Below are positions 11,362 to 19,567 of a stretch of DNA of 64,000 bases, in pieces (positions within the stretch are counted from its first letter, which is position 1; each line of letters starts with the position of its first letter). The notes under the pieces were generated by a model. It saw only the letters and a list, made by a program, of their open reading frames with translations. It was not told where the DNA came from and did not search any database. Position numbers and translations under genes: made by a program. Source of the stretch: Candidatus Aenigmatarchaeota archaeon (lineage in GTDB: Archaea > Aenigmatarchaeota > Aenigmatarchaeia > CG10238-14); the NCBI GenBank assembly GCA_018920345.1, contig JAHLMN010000007.1, forward strand, positions 2-64,001. The letters run 5' to 3'.

Positions 11362-12869
11362 TTTTTCTCAACCTCTTTTGACAGTATATCTTCAATAATC
11401 TTAATCTCTTTTTCAGTTGCACCTTTAGTAATTTGGCCCATTATTGCTAAATATTTTCTCAAACCTATAGTTGCACCTTCTGGTGTTTGTGAAGGATCAA
11501 TTTTTCCCCATTGTGTTGGATGCAACACTCTAGCTTCAAAGTGCTCTTGTGTGGATGTTAATGGAGACAATACATTTCTTGTATGTGAAAGTGTTTTAAC
11601 AAAACTTCCTCTCTCTAATCTTTGTGAAACACCTGTTCTTCCACCAACCCAAGCACCAATTGCTATAGCAGATGTAATTTGATTTGTCAAAACACTTGAC
11701 TCTACAATAGATTGTAATGGTGGAAATCTTCCTCTTTTTGTTAACTTCTGATAATTGTAAGTTATCCTTGTTATCAAGCCCCATTTACCAAGTAAAACTG
11801 ATCTAAATAATATTTCAAGCAAATCTCCTGACAATTTTAATCTTTTATTTGAATAATGATCCAAATCATCTTTTGGGGATTTTTTCAAATAATGTCTTAT
11901 AACTTTCTCACATGCTTTAACTAGATATAGAGCCTTTGTATATCTATCCTTCTTTTCTTGACCTAAATGAGGAAGCAAATATTTATCTAAAAGTTTATTG
12001 ACTTTATCTTGTCTATATTCTTTTTGTGTTATTTTCAAAAAGTCTGCTATTTCTTCTATAGCTTCTTTGGCTGTTGCAGATTCTGTTTCAAACAAATTTG
12101 GATAAAATTCTTGTTGTACTTCAGGATCATCTGACAAAGTCATTATAATATCTCTATCTGTCTCTAAACCTAAAGCTCTAAGCAAAACTACTATAGGCAA
12201 CTTGTTAACATTTGCAAAATTTATTCTTATTATACCATCTGCTCTTCTTTCAATTATATGTCTCTGTATATAACCATCTTTTTCAGAATGAATTCTTGCA
12301 ACTTCGGTAACATTAGGTGTACTAGGTTTTTCAACTATTATCTTATTTGGCGATATTTCCTCTATTAAAACCAATACTCTTTCTGTACCATTAACAATAA
12401 AATATCCGCCTGGATCATCAGGATCTTCTCCTGCTTTTATTAATTCATCTCTATCCATTTTTGACAAAGGACATATCTTTGATTTAAGCATAACAGGCAA
12501 ATCACCAAAATTAACAGTTACTGTTTCACTTTCAATATCATTCAAAGTTGGTGTCATTTCAAGATACATTGGGGCTGAATAAGTGAGGTTTCTCATTCTA
12601 GCTTCTAGTGGTAATATAGGTCTTTCTGAGCCATCTGCTTCCTTAACCCATGGACCCCATACATCTGTCCCAAGAGGCTTTCCAATCTTGCATTTTCCTA
12701 GCTTAATTCTAAAATCACCCAAGTCAGGAACTTCTGGTTTTATTTCCTTTATTTGTTTTATTATTGATTGTATTCTATTTTCAATAAAATCATTATAAGA
12801 ATCTATCTGAAATTTTACTAAACCTTCTTCTTTCACAAATGACTTTAACATTGACATATATTCTTTCAT
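11358..12869 (-). CDS. rpoB2: DNA-directed RNA polymerase subunit B'' (N-terminal half of B)
   Basis: Rpb2 N-terminal (protrusion/lobe) region homology. ATGA overlap with the downstream B' reading frame. Confidence 0.94.
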   Translation of the reverse strand: MKEYMSMLKSFVKEEGLVKFQIDSYNDFIENRIQSIIKQIKEIKPEVPDLGDFRIKLGKCKIGKPLGTDVWGPWVKEADGSERPILPLEARMRNLTYSAPMYLEMTPTLNDIESETVTVNFGDLPVMLKSKICPLSKMDRDELIKAGEDPDDPGGYFIVNGTERVLVLIEEISPNKIIVEKPSTPNVTEVARIHSEKDGYIQRHIIERRADGIIRINFANVNKLPIVVLLRALGLETDRDIIMTLSDDPEVQQEFYPNLFETESATAKEAIEEIADFLKITQKEYRQDKVNKLLDKYLLPHLGQEKKDRYTKALYLVKACEKVIRHYLKKSPKDDLDHYSNKRLKLSGDLLEILFRSVLLGKWGLITRITYNYQKLTKRGRFPPLQSIVESSVLTNQITSAIAIGAWVGGRTGVSQRLERGSFVKTLSHTRNVLSPLTSTQEHFEARVLHPTQWGKIDPSQTPEGATIGLRKYLAIMGQITKGATEKEIKIIEDILSKEVEKK

Positions 12870-12875
12870 AATTCA

Positions 12876-13130
12876 TCATTCCTCAACAACTAATCTATAA
12901 TAAACAACTTCCTTAGCTATATTACTTTTTCTTATTATTTTTATCAGATCTCCTGGTTTTGCACCTATTGCCCTAACAGCAGGATCGCTAGCTTTTATTT
13001 GTGGGAATTGATTCATCTTTGTTATTCTATACTTTTCCATAACTTTTTGTTTTTCATCTTCAGAAACAATGTAATGTTTTGGCACAAGCTCATGGGAAAG
13101 CACATCTATTTTATTTTCTTGTTTCAACAT
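12876..13130 (-). CDS. rpoH: DNA-directed RNA polymerase subunit H (Rpb5-like)
   Basis: 84 aa with HELVPKH, PQIKASDPVA-like and GDLIKIIR motifs. First gene of the rpo operon. Confidence 0.92.
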   Translation of the reverse strand: MLKQENKIDVLSHELVPKHYIVSEDEKQKVMEKYRITKMNQFPQIKASDPAVRAIGAKPGDLIKIIRKSNIAKEVVYYRLVVEE

Positions 13131-13144
13131 ATCACCTTTTTTTA

Positions 13145-13248
13145 CGCTCTGGCCGGGATTTGAACCCGGGTCACGGGAGTTCTGCCTATAGTTGACAGTC
13201 CCGTATGATTGGTCTCTAAATGATTAGGCCGAGCTACACCACCAGAGC
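13145..13248 (-). tRNA. tRNA-Asp(GUC) with two introns: about 16 nt in the D-loop and 13 nt at the canonical 37/38 site. No encoded CCA.
   Basis: Hand fold: acceptor GCTCTGG/CCAGAGC, discriminator G, T-arm CCGGG-TTCAAAT-CCCGG, anticodon stem CGGGA/TCCCG, loop CTGTCA[ACTATAGGCAGAA]C. The D region is about 16 nt too long and is flanked by an AATCAT direct repeat. Confidence 0.85.
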
Positions 13249-13346
13249 AAATAAGAATTTTTTTATTAAAAGAATTTATAAAAATTTTTGTTATTTGGTG
13301 GGGGTGGGCTCTTTCAATCAATAACAGGTCACCGTTTAAGCGTAAA

Positions 13347-13464
<118 letters not shown>

Positions 13465-13483
13465 TGTGATTATGTTATTAAAA

Positions 13484-13491
13484 TATTTAAA
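13484..13491 (-). promoter_or_regulatory. Candidate TATA box (TTTAAATA) for the 5S rRNA/tRNA-Asp transcription unit
   Basis: TTTAAATA on the minus strand, centred about 24 nt upstream of the predicted 5S 5' end. Confidence 0.35.
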
Positions 13492-13593
13492 TCTTTCTCA
13501 ATAATCACAAAAATTGTTTATTCATACTTATATAGTTTTCTTTTTTTTGAAAAAACTAATTTTTACTTAAATTTAACCACAAATTTAAATTTA

Positions 13594-14532
13594 TTATCCT
13601 CTAACTGTGTTTGGCTGATTTTGAATAATATTTGATTCTCCATAGCATACATATAGCTTAGGTGAAGAGAAGAATCCTAAAAATCCAGGTTTCTCTTCTC
13701 TTGAAAGTGCGCAGCCTGTATTTATATTATATTTTTGCTCTAATGTACTAGCCAATCCTTTTAAGTCAGAGCTTATTCCTATACCTATTTTTTTCGAAAT
13801 TTGTTTTAAAGATTGAACAGGTATTTCGCCTTTGTATATTTTACCAACAATCTCATCTAAATCAGCATTTTTCGGAACACAAACAGTGACACGATAAATA
13901 TATTCTAAATCAACTTCGCTGGCTCCTCTACCCATAGGTGCTATATCTACTTGTTTCAATTGACCATCAGGACAAACTTTTGCTTTAACAGGGAACACTT
14001 TTTTTGCAGCAGAAGCTGTTGTTGTTGTAATTCTAACATTTACGGGAACTTGACTTTTTGGAATACATTCTCCTCTATAGCAAACTAATCCAGTACAGCA
14101 TTTCTTGCCAACTTGACACTCGCCGCCTTCTTGAACACATGAAACTGTTATGTTTTTTGTTGTTTTTGGTGTAGTTTTAACTGTGGTGGTTTTTGTTGTT
14201 TTTGGTGTAGTTTTAACTGTGGTGGTTTTTGTTGTTTTAGAACAATAACTATCAGGACATCTTACAACACCACTATTAGCAAAACTACAAGAAGCTGTGC
14301 TGCTACAAGAAGGTGAACAGTAACAACCATAGGAACTTTTTGTTGTAACAGATGTTTTTGTTGTCTGTGCAGAAATTTTTGTTGTTTCAATTGTCTTTAT
14401 TGTAGTTATAGCTATTTTTGTTGTTGCCGATTTAGTTGTAGTAAATCCTTCATCAACATAAGAATATGCTATATTGGTAAGAAGCAATAAAAATAATATT
14501 GAAAAAAACATTGTTTGAATTATTTTCCTCAT
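13594..14532 (-). CDS. Secreted Thr/Lys-rich, Cys-rich protein of unknown function
   Basis: N-terminal signal peptide (FFSILFLLLLTNIAYS), T/K-rich low-complexity stalk with a tandem repeat, and two cysteine clusters, one with knottin-like spacing. Confidence 0.7.
   Translation of the reverse strand: MRKIIQTMFFSILFLLLLTNIAYSYVDEGFTTTKSATTKIAITTIKTIETTKISAQTTKTSVTTKSSYGCYCSPSCSSTASCSFANSGVVRCPDSYCSKTTKTTTVKTTPKTTKTTTVKTTPKTTKNITVSCVQEGGECQVGKKCCTGLVCYRGECIPKSQVPVNVRITTTTASAAKKVFPVKAKVCPDGQLKQVDIAPMGRGASEVDLEYIYRVTVCVPKNADLDEIVGKIYKGEIPVQSLKQISKKIGIGISSDLKGLASTLEQKYNINTGCALSREEKPGFLGFFSSPKLYVCYGESNIIQNQPNTVRG
14154..14236. repeat. 36-nt in-frame tandem repeat (2 perfect copies plus a partial) encoding KTTKTTTVKTTP
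   Basis: tttggtgtagttttaactgtggtggtttttgttgtt occurs at 14165-14200 and again at 14201-14236. Confidence 0.9.
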
Positions 14533-14567
14533 TTTTATTTTTTTGTAAAAACTTCCTTATAAAAATA

Positions 14568-14682
14568 TCCCCCCGGCCGGATTTGAACCAGCAACCCTTC
14601 GGTTTCTGTCGAGCATACGCCGGTGGCGAATGCTTCAAGCAAACGCCTACAGCCGAATGCTCTACCGTTGAGCTACAGGGGG
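14568..14682 (-). tRNA. tRNA-Tyr(GUA) with a ~43-nt intron at the canonical 37/38 site. No encoded CCA.
   Basis: Acceptor CCCCCTG/CGGGGGG with the C1:G72 pair typical of archaeal/eukaryal tRNA-Tyr, A73, D-arm GCTC-AACGGTA-GAGC, anticodon stem TTCGG/CCGAA, loop CTGTAG[intron]A, T-arm GCTGG-TTCAAAT-CCGGC. Confidence 0.88.
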
Positions 14683-14718
14683 ACTAAATAATAAAAGTGT
14701 AGAATTAATTTAAGTATT

Positions 14719-16125
14719 TCACTCTACTTTTTTCGAAAAAAATACAACTTTTTCAGCTATTTTACTTATTACAATCTTGCCAGATTTATAGCTAAAGTAT
14801 GCTTTAGGTAATTTTATTTTGCCTTCAACATTCATTACTGGTTTTATTCTATATGTCAATACTCTATCTTCTTTAGGCCTCAATTTATCTATCTTCCATA
14901 TTAAAGTCGTACCTGTTTGTGTTACTTTTACCTCTGGCTTTAGTGTATCAAATTCTTTGACGACGGCAAATACAGATGGTACAGTATCTTTAACAACTAC
15001 ATTATGTATCTCTCTTATTGAATTATTTCTTACATGTAAAGTAACCAAATTTCCTTTCTCTAAATTAGTTATTTCTGAATATTTTTTTAGTAATGTTGGT
15101 TTATGGAATAATGTTAAAATAAAGCTTATAAAAAGCAATATTAAAAATGTCACAAAAGCAGCGTTGCTAAATCTCAAGTAATATTTTATTGTATAAGACG
15201 TGTTTGGCTCTATCTCACTAGTTATCCATGTATATATTACTCTATTTTCTTTTTCTTCCTCTTTTTGTGGCTCTATCTCAGGATAGAAGAAGTATTTCGC
15301 AATTTTTGGCATTGTCTCTGTAATAACAAAAGATTGAGGATAATTGCCTTTATTAGTTACATTTATCAAAAATTCTGTTTCAAGCAAAGATCTATAAATT
15401 TTTTTGTCTTTTTCAAAATCACTATATTTCTTTATAACAAAAGCAGATGTTTTTGAATGTATTGGTGAACCAAACTTGTCATATATAAAAACTTGAATAT
15501 TATATGTTCCTGGTGAATAATCATTTGTTATTTCAAATGGTGTTGAAATAGTTTTTGTTGAAGAAGGTTGGAGTAAAGCTTGCTCTTCGAACATTTTTAT
15601 TTGATTACCATCTTTGAATATTTTTGTTCTTATTATTAGTTGCTTACTTTGGGTTTTATCCAAATTAACTAAAACAGGTTGAATTAACAGTGTCTCTTTT
15701 GGTGACAAAATATCTTGATTTAGTTTAATATCAGAAATATATGTACCCGTTCTTCTTCTAACATTTAATATTATATCTTCTGTTGTTACATTACCACTAT
15801 CAGTTGATCTTGCAGAAACAGAAAATACTATATTACCTATATTTGCATCTATTGGAGGCTCTACTGAAAATTGAACTACCTCGGATTTTCCTGGATCAAG
15901 TACAACAAAATATTTTTCTAGACTTATCCAACTACTTGGCCAAACGCTAATATAGAATGTTTCTTTTTTGTCACCATCATTTGTCAATCTAAATTTAACA
16001 AAAGATTTTTCCAAAGTATAAACTGTCTCAGGATGATCAATAAATTCTATTTTTAAAGCATAAACATTGCTAAAAGTTAACAAAAAAAGCAAAATCAAAA
16101 TTTTTTCTTTCAATTTAAACACCAT
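14719..16125 (-). CDS. Membrane-anchored surface protein with repeated beta-sandwich (CARDB/NEW3/DUF11-like) segments
   Basis: Signal peptide, internal TM helix (AAFVTFLILLFISFILTLF), and recurring segments such as FVKFRLTNDGDKKETFYISVWPSSWISLEKYFVVLDPGKSEVVQFSVEPP, typical of archaeal cell-surface domains. Confidence 0.6.
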   Translation of the reverse strand: MVFKLKEKILILLFLLTFSNVYALKIEFIDHPETVYTLEKSFVKFRLTNDGDKKETFYISVWPSSWISLEKYFVVLDPGKSEVVQFSVEPPIDANIGNIVFSVSARSTDSGNVTTEDIILNVRRRTGTYISDIKLNQDILSPKETLLIQPVLVNLDKTQSKQLIIRTKIFKDGNQIKMFEEQALLQPSSTKTISTPFEITNDYSPGTYNIQVFIYDKFGSPIHSKTSAFVIKKYSDFEKDKKIYRSLLETEFLINVTNKGNYPQSFVITETMPKIAKYFFYPEIEPQKEEEKENRVIYTWITSEIEPNTSYTIKYYLRFSNAAFVTFLILLFISFILTLFHKPTLLKKYSEITNLEKGNLVTLHVRNNSIREIHNVVVKDTVPSVFAVVKEFDTLKPEVKVTQTGTTLIWKIDKLRPKEDRVLTYRIKPVMNVEGKIKLPKAYFSYKSGKIVISKIAEKVVFFSKKVE

Positions 16126-16147
16126 AATAATAATTGTTTTTTTAATA

Positions 16148-16891
16148 TTAAGTTTTTCTGCCGCTTAATTTTTTTATCCAGTTGAATATTTTTTCAGAAA
16201 AAGGCTGCTTTTTCTCAACTTTACTTTCTTGTGTTTGCTGTATTTCTTTATTTTCTTCTTTTTTAATTTCTGGTACTTGTATTTCTTTTACAGTTTGATA
16301 TATACTTTTCTTTATTCCAAATCTATTTTTCCAGGTTTCTTTATAAAACCATTCCAATTCTTTGCCATATTCTTCAGACCAACTTATATTTTCAAATGGT
16401 ATTACTTCTGTCTTATAATATTTTTCATAAGGCAGTGGAAAGCCTATTGCTAAAACCCCTACTGGTCTCAATTTGTCAGGTATTTTCAATATTCTCTTTA
16501 TACCTTCCTCCTCAAATGCATGGACCCATGAAGCACCTAAACCAAGATCGTGGGCGGCTAGAAGCATATTTTGTATTGATGCTCCAGTATCTTGTATGGC
16601 ATATAAATTTTTCCCTCTATCACCAAATTTTAAAGCAACTTTTTCCAAATTTGCACAAACAACTATTAATAGTGGTGCTTCTTCAACATGTCTTTGTCTT
16701 AAACAAGCTACTGAAATGTCTATTTTTGTTTTTTTATCCTTTACAACAATAAACTCCCATGGTTGTATATCTCCAGCTGAAGCAGCTAAAGTTCCGGCAT
16801 GCAGTATTTGGGCTATTAACTCTTCTGGAACATCTCTTTTATCATAAACTTTAACATTAACCCGAGTTTCCATTGCTTCAAATAATTCCAT
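16148..16891 (-). CDS. Nitroreductase-family flavoprotein with a K/E-rich C-terminal extension
   Basis: Nitroreductase-fold pattern (PWEFIVVKD, LLIVVCA, IQNMLLAAHDLGLGASW, PVGVLAIGFP). Confidence 0.8.
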   Translation of the reverse strand: MELFEAMETRVNVKVYDKRDVPEELIAQILHAGTLAASAGDIQPWEFIVVKDKKTKIDISVACLRQRHVEEAPLLIVVCANLEKVALKFGDRGKNLYAIQDTGASIQNMLLAAHDLGLGASWVHAFEEEGIKRILKIPDKLRPVGVLAIGFPLPYEKYYKTEVIPFENISWSEEYGKELEWFYKETWKNRFGIKKSIYQTVKEIQVPEIKKEENKEIQQTQESKVEKKQPFSEKIFNWIKKLSGRKT

Positions 16892-16952
16892 ATTCTCAAT
16901 AAAGAATTGGTAAATGTGAGTAATAAATTTTAATAATATCTAAATAATTTTG

Positions 16953-18659
16953 ATGAAATACATAGAAATTGCTAAAACATATGAAGTTTTAGAAAAAACA
17001 TCTTCTAAAATTGCTAAAACAGATATACTCACAGAACTTTTCAAAAAAACACCAACAGAAGATATAGAAAAAGTTGTTTTGCTTATTCAAGGTATAGTTT
17101 TTCCAAAATATAGTGGTTTAGAGTTAGGAATTGCAATACAAATGATGATAAAAGCAATAGCTAGATCTACAGGCTTTTCTGTAGAAAAAGTTGAAGAAAT
17201 GTTTAAAAAAACTGGTGATTTGGGTTTGGTTGCTGAAAATTGCATAAAAGAAAAAAAGCAGGCATCTTTATTAAAAAAAGAATTGGAAGTTGAAGATGTT
17301 TTCAAAAACTTACAAAAGCTCGCATATTTAACAGGGGAAGGTTCTCAAGACAAAAAATTAAATTTGATAGCAGAATTATTATCTTTTTCAAAACCACAAG
17401 AAGCTAAATATATAGTAAGAACAATTTTAGGTGACTTGAGAGTTGGTGTTGCTGAAGGTATAATAAGAGATGCTATAGCAAAATCATTTCTACCAGAAGG
17501 AAAAGAAAGTTTAGAAATATTAGATTATGCTTTGAACATATATCCAAATTTTGGTGAAATTGCAAAAATATCAAAAGAAAACGGTTTGAAAGGGTTGAAA
17601 CAAATAAAAGTCAAGTTAGGCCAACCAATACAAGTTATGTTAGGCGAAAAAGCTGAAAGCATAAAAGAAGTTATTGATGAATTTGGCAAAGTTGCTGCAG
17701 AATACAAGTATGATGGTATGCGTGCTCAAATACATAAAGATGGTGAAAAAATTTGGATATTTACCAGAAGATTAGAAAATGTTACTAAACAATTTCCTGA
17801 TTTAGTTGAGTTGTGTAAAAAGCATATAAAAGCCAAAAAGTGCATTGTTGAAGGAGAAGTTGTTGCTATTGATGAAAAATCTTCTCCATTGCCATTTCAA
17901 ATACTTTCTCAAAGAATACAAAGAAAATATGATATAGAAAAAATGGTGAAAGAAATTCCTATACAGATAAATTTATTTGATATTGTCTTTCTTGATGATG
18001 AAATGCTTTTTGATAAAAAATTGAAAGAGAGAAGAGAAATTCTTGAAAAGACTGTTGAACAAAAACAAGGCAAATTTATGTTAGCAAAACAAATAATAAC
18101 CGACAATATAAAAGAATTGGAAAAATTTTACAAAGAAGCTTTAAATGCTAAACAAGAGGGTATATTTCTCAAAGTTTTAGATTCAAAATATATATTTGGT
18201 AGACACGTGGGTGGTTGGTATAAAATAAAACCAACTATGGAGACCCTTGATCTTGCAATAATAGGTGCGACTTGGGGAACTGGAAAAAGAGCGGGTTGGC
18301 TTGGTTCATTTATTTTAGGTTGTAGAGATGAAAAAACAGGAAAATTCCTAGAATGTGGTATGTTGGGAACAGGTGTTAAAGAGAAAAAAACAAAGGAAAC
18401 AGATATAACTTTTGAAGAATTGACAAAAATTCTAAAGCCTTTAATAATTTCTGAAAAAGGAAGTAATGTAAGATTCAAACCAAAAGTAGTTATATCTGTT
18501 GATTATCAAGAAATTCAAGTATCGCCTAATTATGAATCTGGTTTTGCTTTAAGATTTCCTAGATTTGTTGCATTGCGTCAAGATAAAGGACCTGAAGATG
18601 TTGATACAGTAGAAAGAATAAAATATCTTTATGAGCTACAAAAAAAGACTAAAAAATAG
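16953..18659 (+). CDS. lig: ATP-dependent DNA ligase
   Basis: Adenylation motif EYKYDGMRAQIH (KxDG), EGEVVA, LKVLDS...WYKIKP. Length typical of archaeal Lig1. Confidence 0.95.
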   Translation: MKYIEIAKTYEVLEKTSSKIAKTDILTELFKKTPTEDIEKVVLLIQGIVFPKYSGLELGIAIQMMIKAIARSTGFSVEKVEEMFKKTGDLGLVAENCIKEKKQASLLKKELEVEDVFKNLQKLAYLTGEGSQDKKLNLIAELLSFSKPQEAKYIVRTILGDLRVGVAEGIIRDAIAKSFLPEGKESLEILDYALNIYPNFGEIAKISKENGLKGLKQIKVKLGQPIQVMLGEKAESIKEVIDEFGKVAAEYKYDGMRAQIHKDGEKIWIFTRRLENVTKQFPDLVELCKKHIKAKKCIVEGEVVAIDEKSSPLPFQILSQRIQRKYDIEKMVKEIPIQINLFDIVFLDDEMLFDKKLKERREILEKTVEQKQGKFMLAKQIITDNIKELEKFYKEALNAKQEGIFLKVLDSKYIFGRHVGGWYKIKPTMETLDLAIIGATWGTGKRAGWLGSFILGCRDEKTGKFLECGMLGTGVKEKKTKETDITFEELTKILKPLIISEKGSNVRFKPKVVISVDYQEIQVSPNYESGFALRFPRFVALRQDKGPEDVDTVERIKYLYELQKKTKK

Positions 18660-18740
18660 AAATAATTTTTATTTCAAATTTTGATGAAAATATTAATTTT
18701 TAAATATATGTCTATTATAAGTAATAAAAGGGGTAATCAA

Positions 18741-19562
18741 ATGTTAGCATCTCAACAACTTATGGATACACTAAAAGGAATTGGTCTTAATCTTTATGAA
18801 AGAAAATTATGGGTTGCGTTGCTTGCTAAAGGTGTTGCAACTGCAGGTGAACTTTCTACTTTGGCAAATGTGCCAAGATCAAGAACATATGATGTTTTAC
18901 AAACTCTTGCAGAAAAAGGTTATGTAATTGTTCAAAGTTCAAAACCACTAAAATATGTTGCTGTACCACCAGCTGAAGCTTTAGATAGAGTAAAAAATAA
19001 AATGAAGTTAGATTATGAAGCAAGAATAGAAAGAATAGAAAGATTAAAAAATTCTCCTTTGTTAGCAGAATTAGAAGAAATTCATAAAAAAGGCTTGGAA
19101 TTAATATCACCAGAAGACATAAGTGGTGCTTTGAAAGGAAAATATTCAGTTATGCAACAAATGGACTCAATGTTTAAAGCTGCAACTAATTCTATAAATA
19201 TAGTAACAACACCTTCTGGTTTGAATGAATTATATGAAAATCATTTTAATATGTTAAAGAATTTGAAACAAAAAGGAATTGATATAAAGATTGCTGCTAG
19301 AATAGATGACAGTTGTGCAGAAGCTGTTAAAGCTTTGTCCGGTATCGCAGAAATAAGGAAGATTGTTGATGAAAAAACACCTATATTTGGTAAATTTTAT
19401 ATTGTAGATAATCAACAAACAATGATGAGTTTATCTCATCCAGAAGCAAATGATACACAACATATGATGTTTTGGACAAAATCAGAGCATGCAACAAAAG
19501 ATATTTTACATCCTGTTTTTCAAATGGTTTGGCAACACTCTATTCCTTTAAATAAACAATAA
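18741..19562 (+). CDS. TrmB-family transcriptional regulator
   Basis: N-terminal wHTH (GLNLYERKLWVALLAKGVATAGELSTLANVPRSRTYDVLQTLAEKGYV). ATG at 18741 follows an AGGGGT SD. Confidence 0.8.
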   Translation: MLASQQLMDTLKGIGLNLYERKLWVALLAKGVATAGELSTLANVPRSRTYDVLQTLAEKGYVIVQSSKPLKYVAVPPAEALDRVKNKMKLDYEARIERIERLKNSPLLAELEEIHKKGLELISPEDISGALKGKYSVMQQMDSMFKAATNSINIVTTPSGLNELYENHFNMLKNLKQKGIDIKIAARIDDSCAEAVKALSGIAEIRKIVDEKTPIFGKFYIVDNQQTMMSLSHPEANDTQHMMFWTKSEHATKDILHPVFQMVWQHSIPLNKQ

Positions 19563-19567
19563 AAAAA

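Noticed and set aside
11254-11682. 142-aa plus-strand ORF, and many similar 60-125-aa ORFs antisense to long genes (for example 16396-16847, 29633-30064, 41499-41846, 46982-47314)
   Set aside because: All sit inside strongly supported genes on the opposite strand and have F/L/I/S-rich, low-complexity translations typical of antisense AT-rich frames.
13297-13346. G-rich spacer element as a split-tRNA half (it ends ...CACCCCCACCA on the minus strand, resembling acceptor strand + A + CCA)
   Set aside because: No T-arm (no GGCTC partner or TTCRAAT loop) precedes it, and no complementary 5' half was seen. The resemblance to an acceptor end looks coincidental.
14453-14687. Two ~61-aa ORFs (14453-14638 minus, 14499-14687 plus)
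   Set aside because: Both overlap the tRNA-Tyr gene and the end of the secreted-protein gene, and show no coding features.
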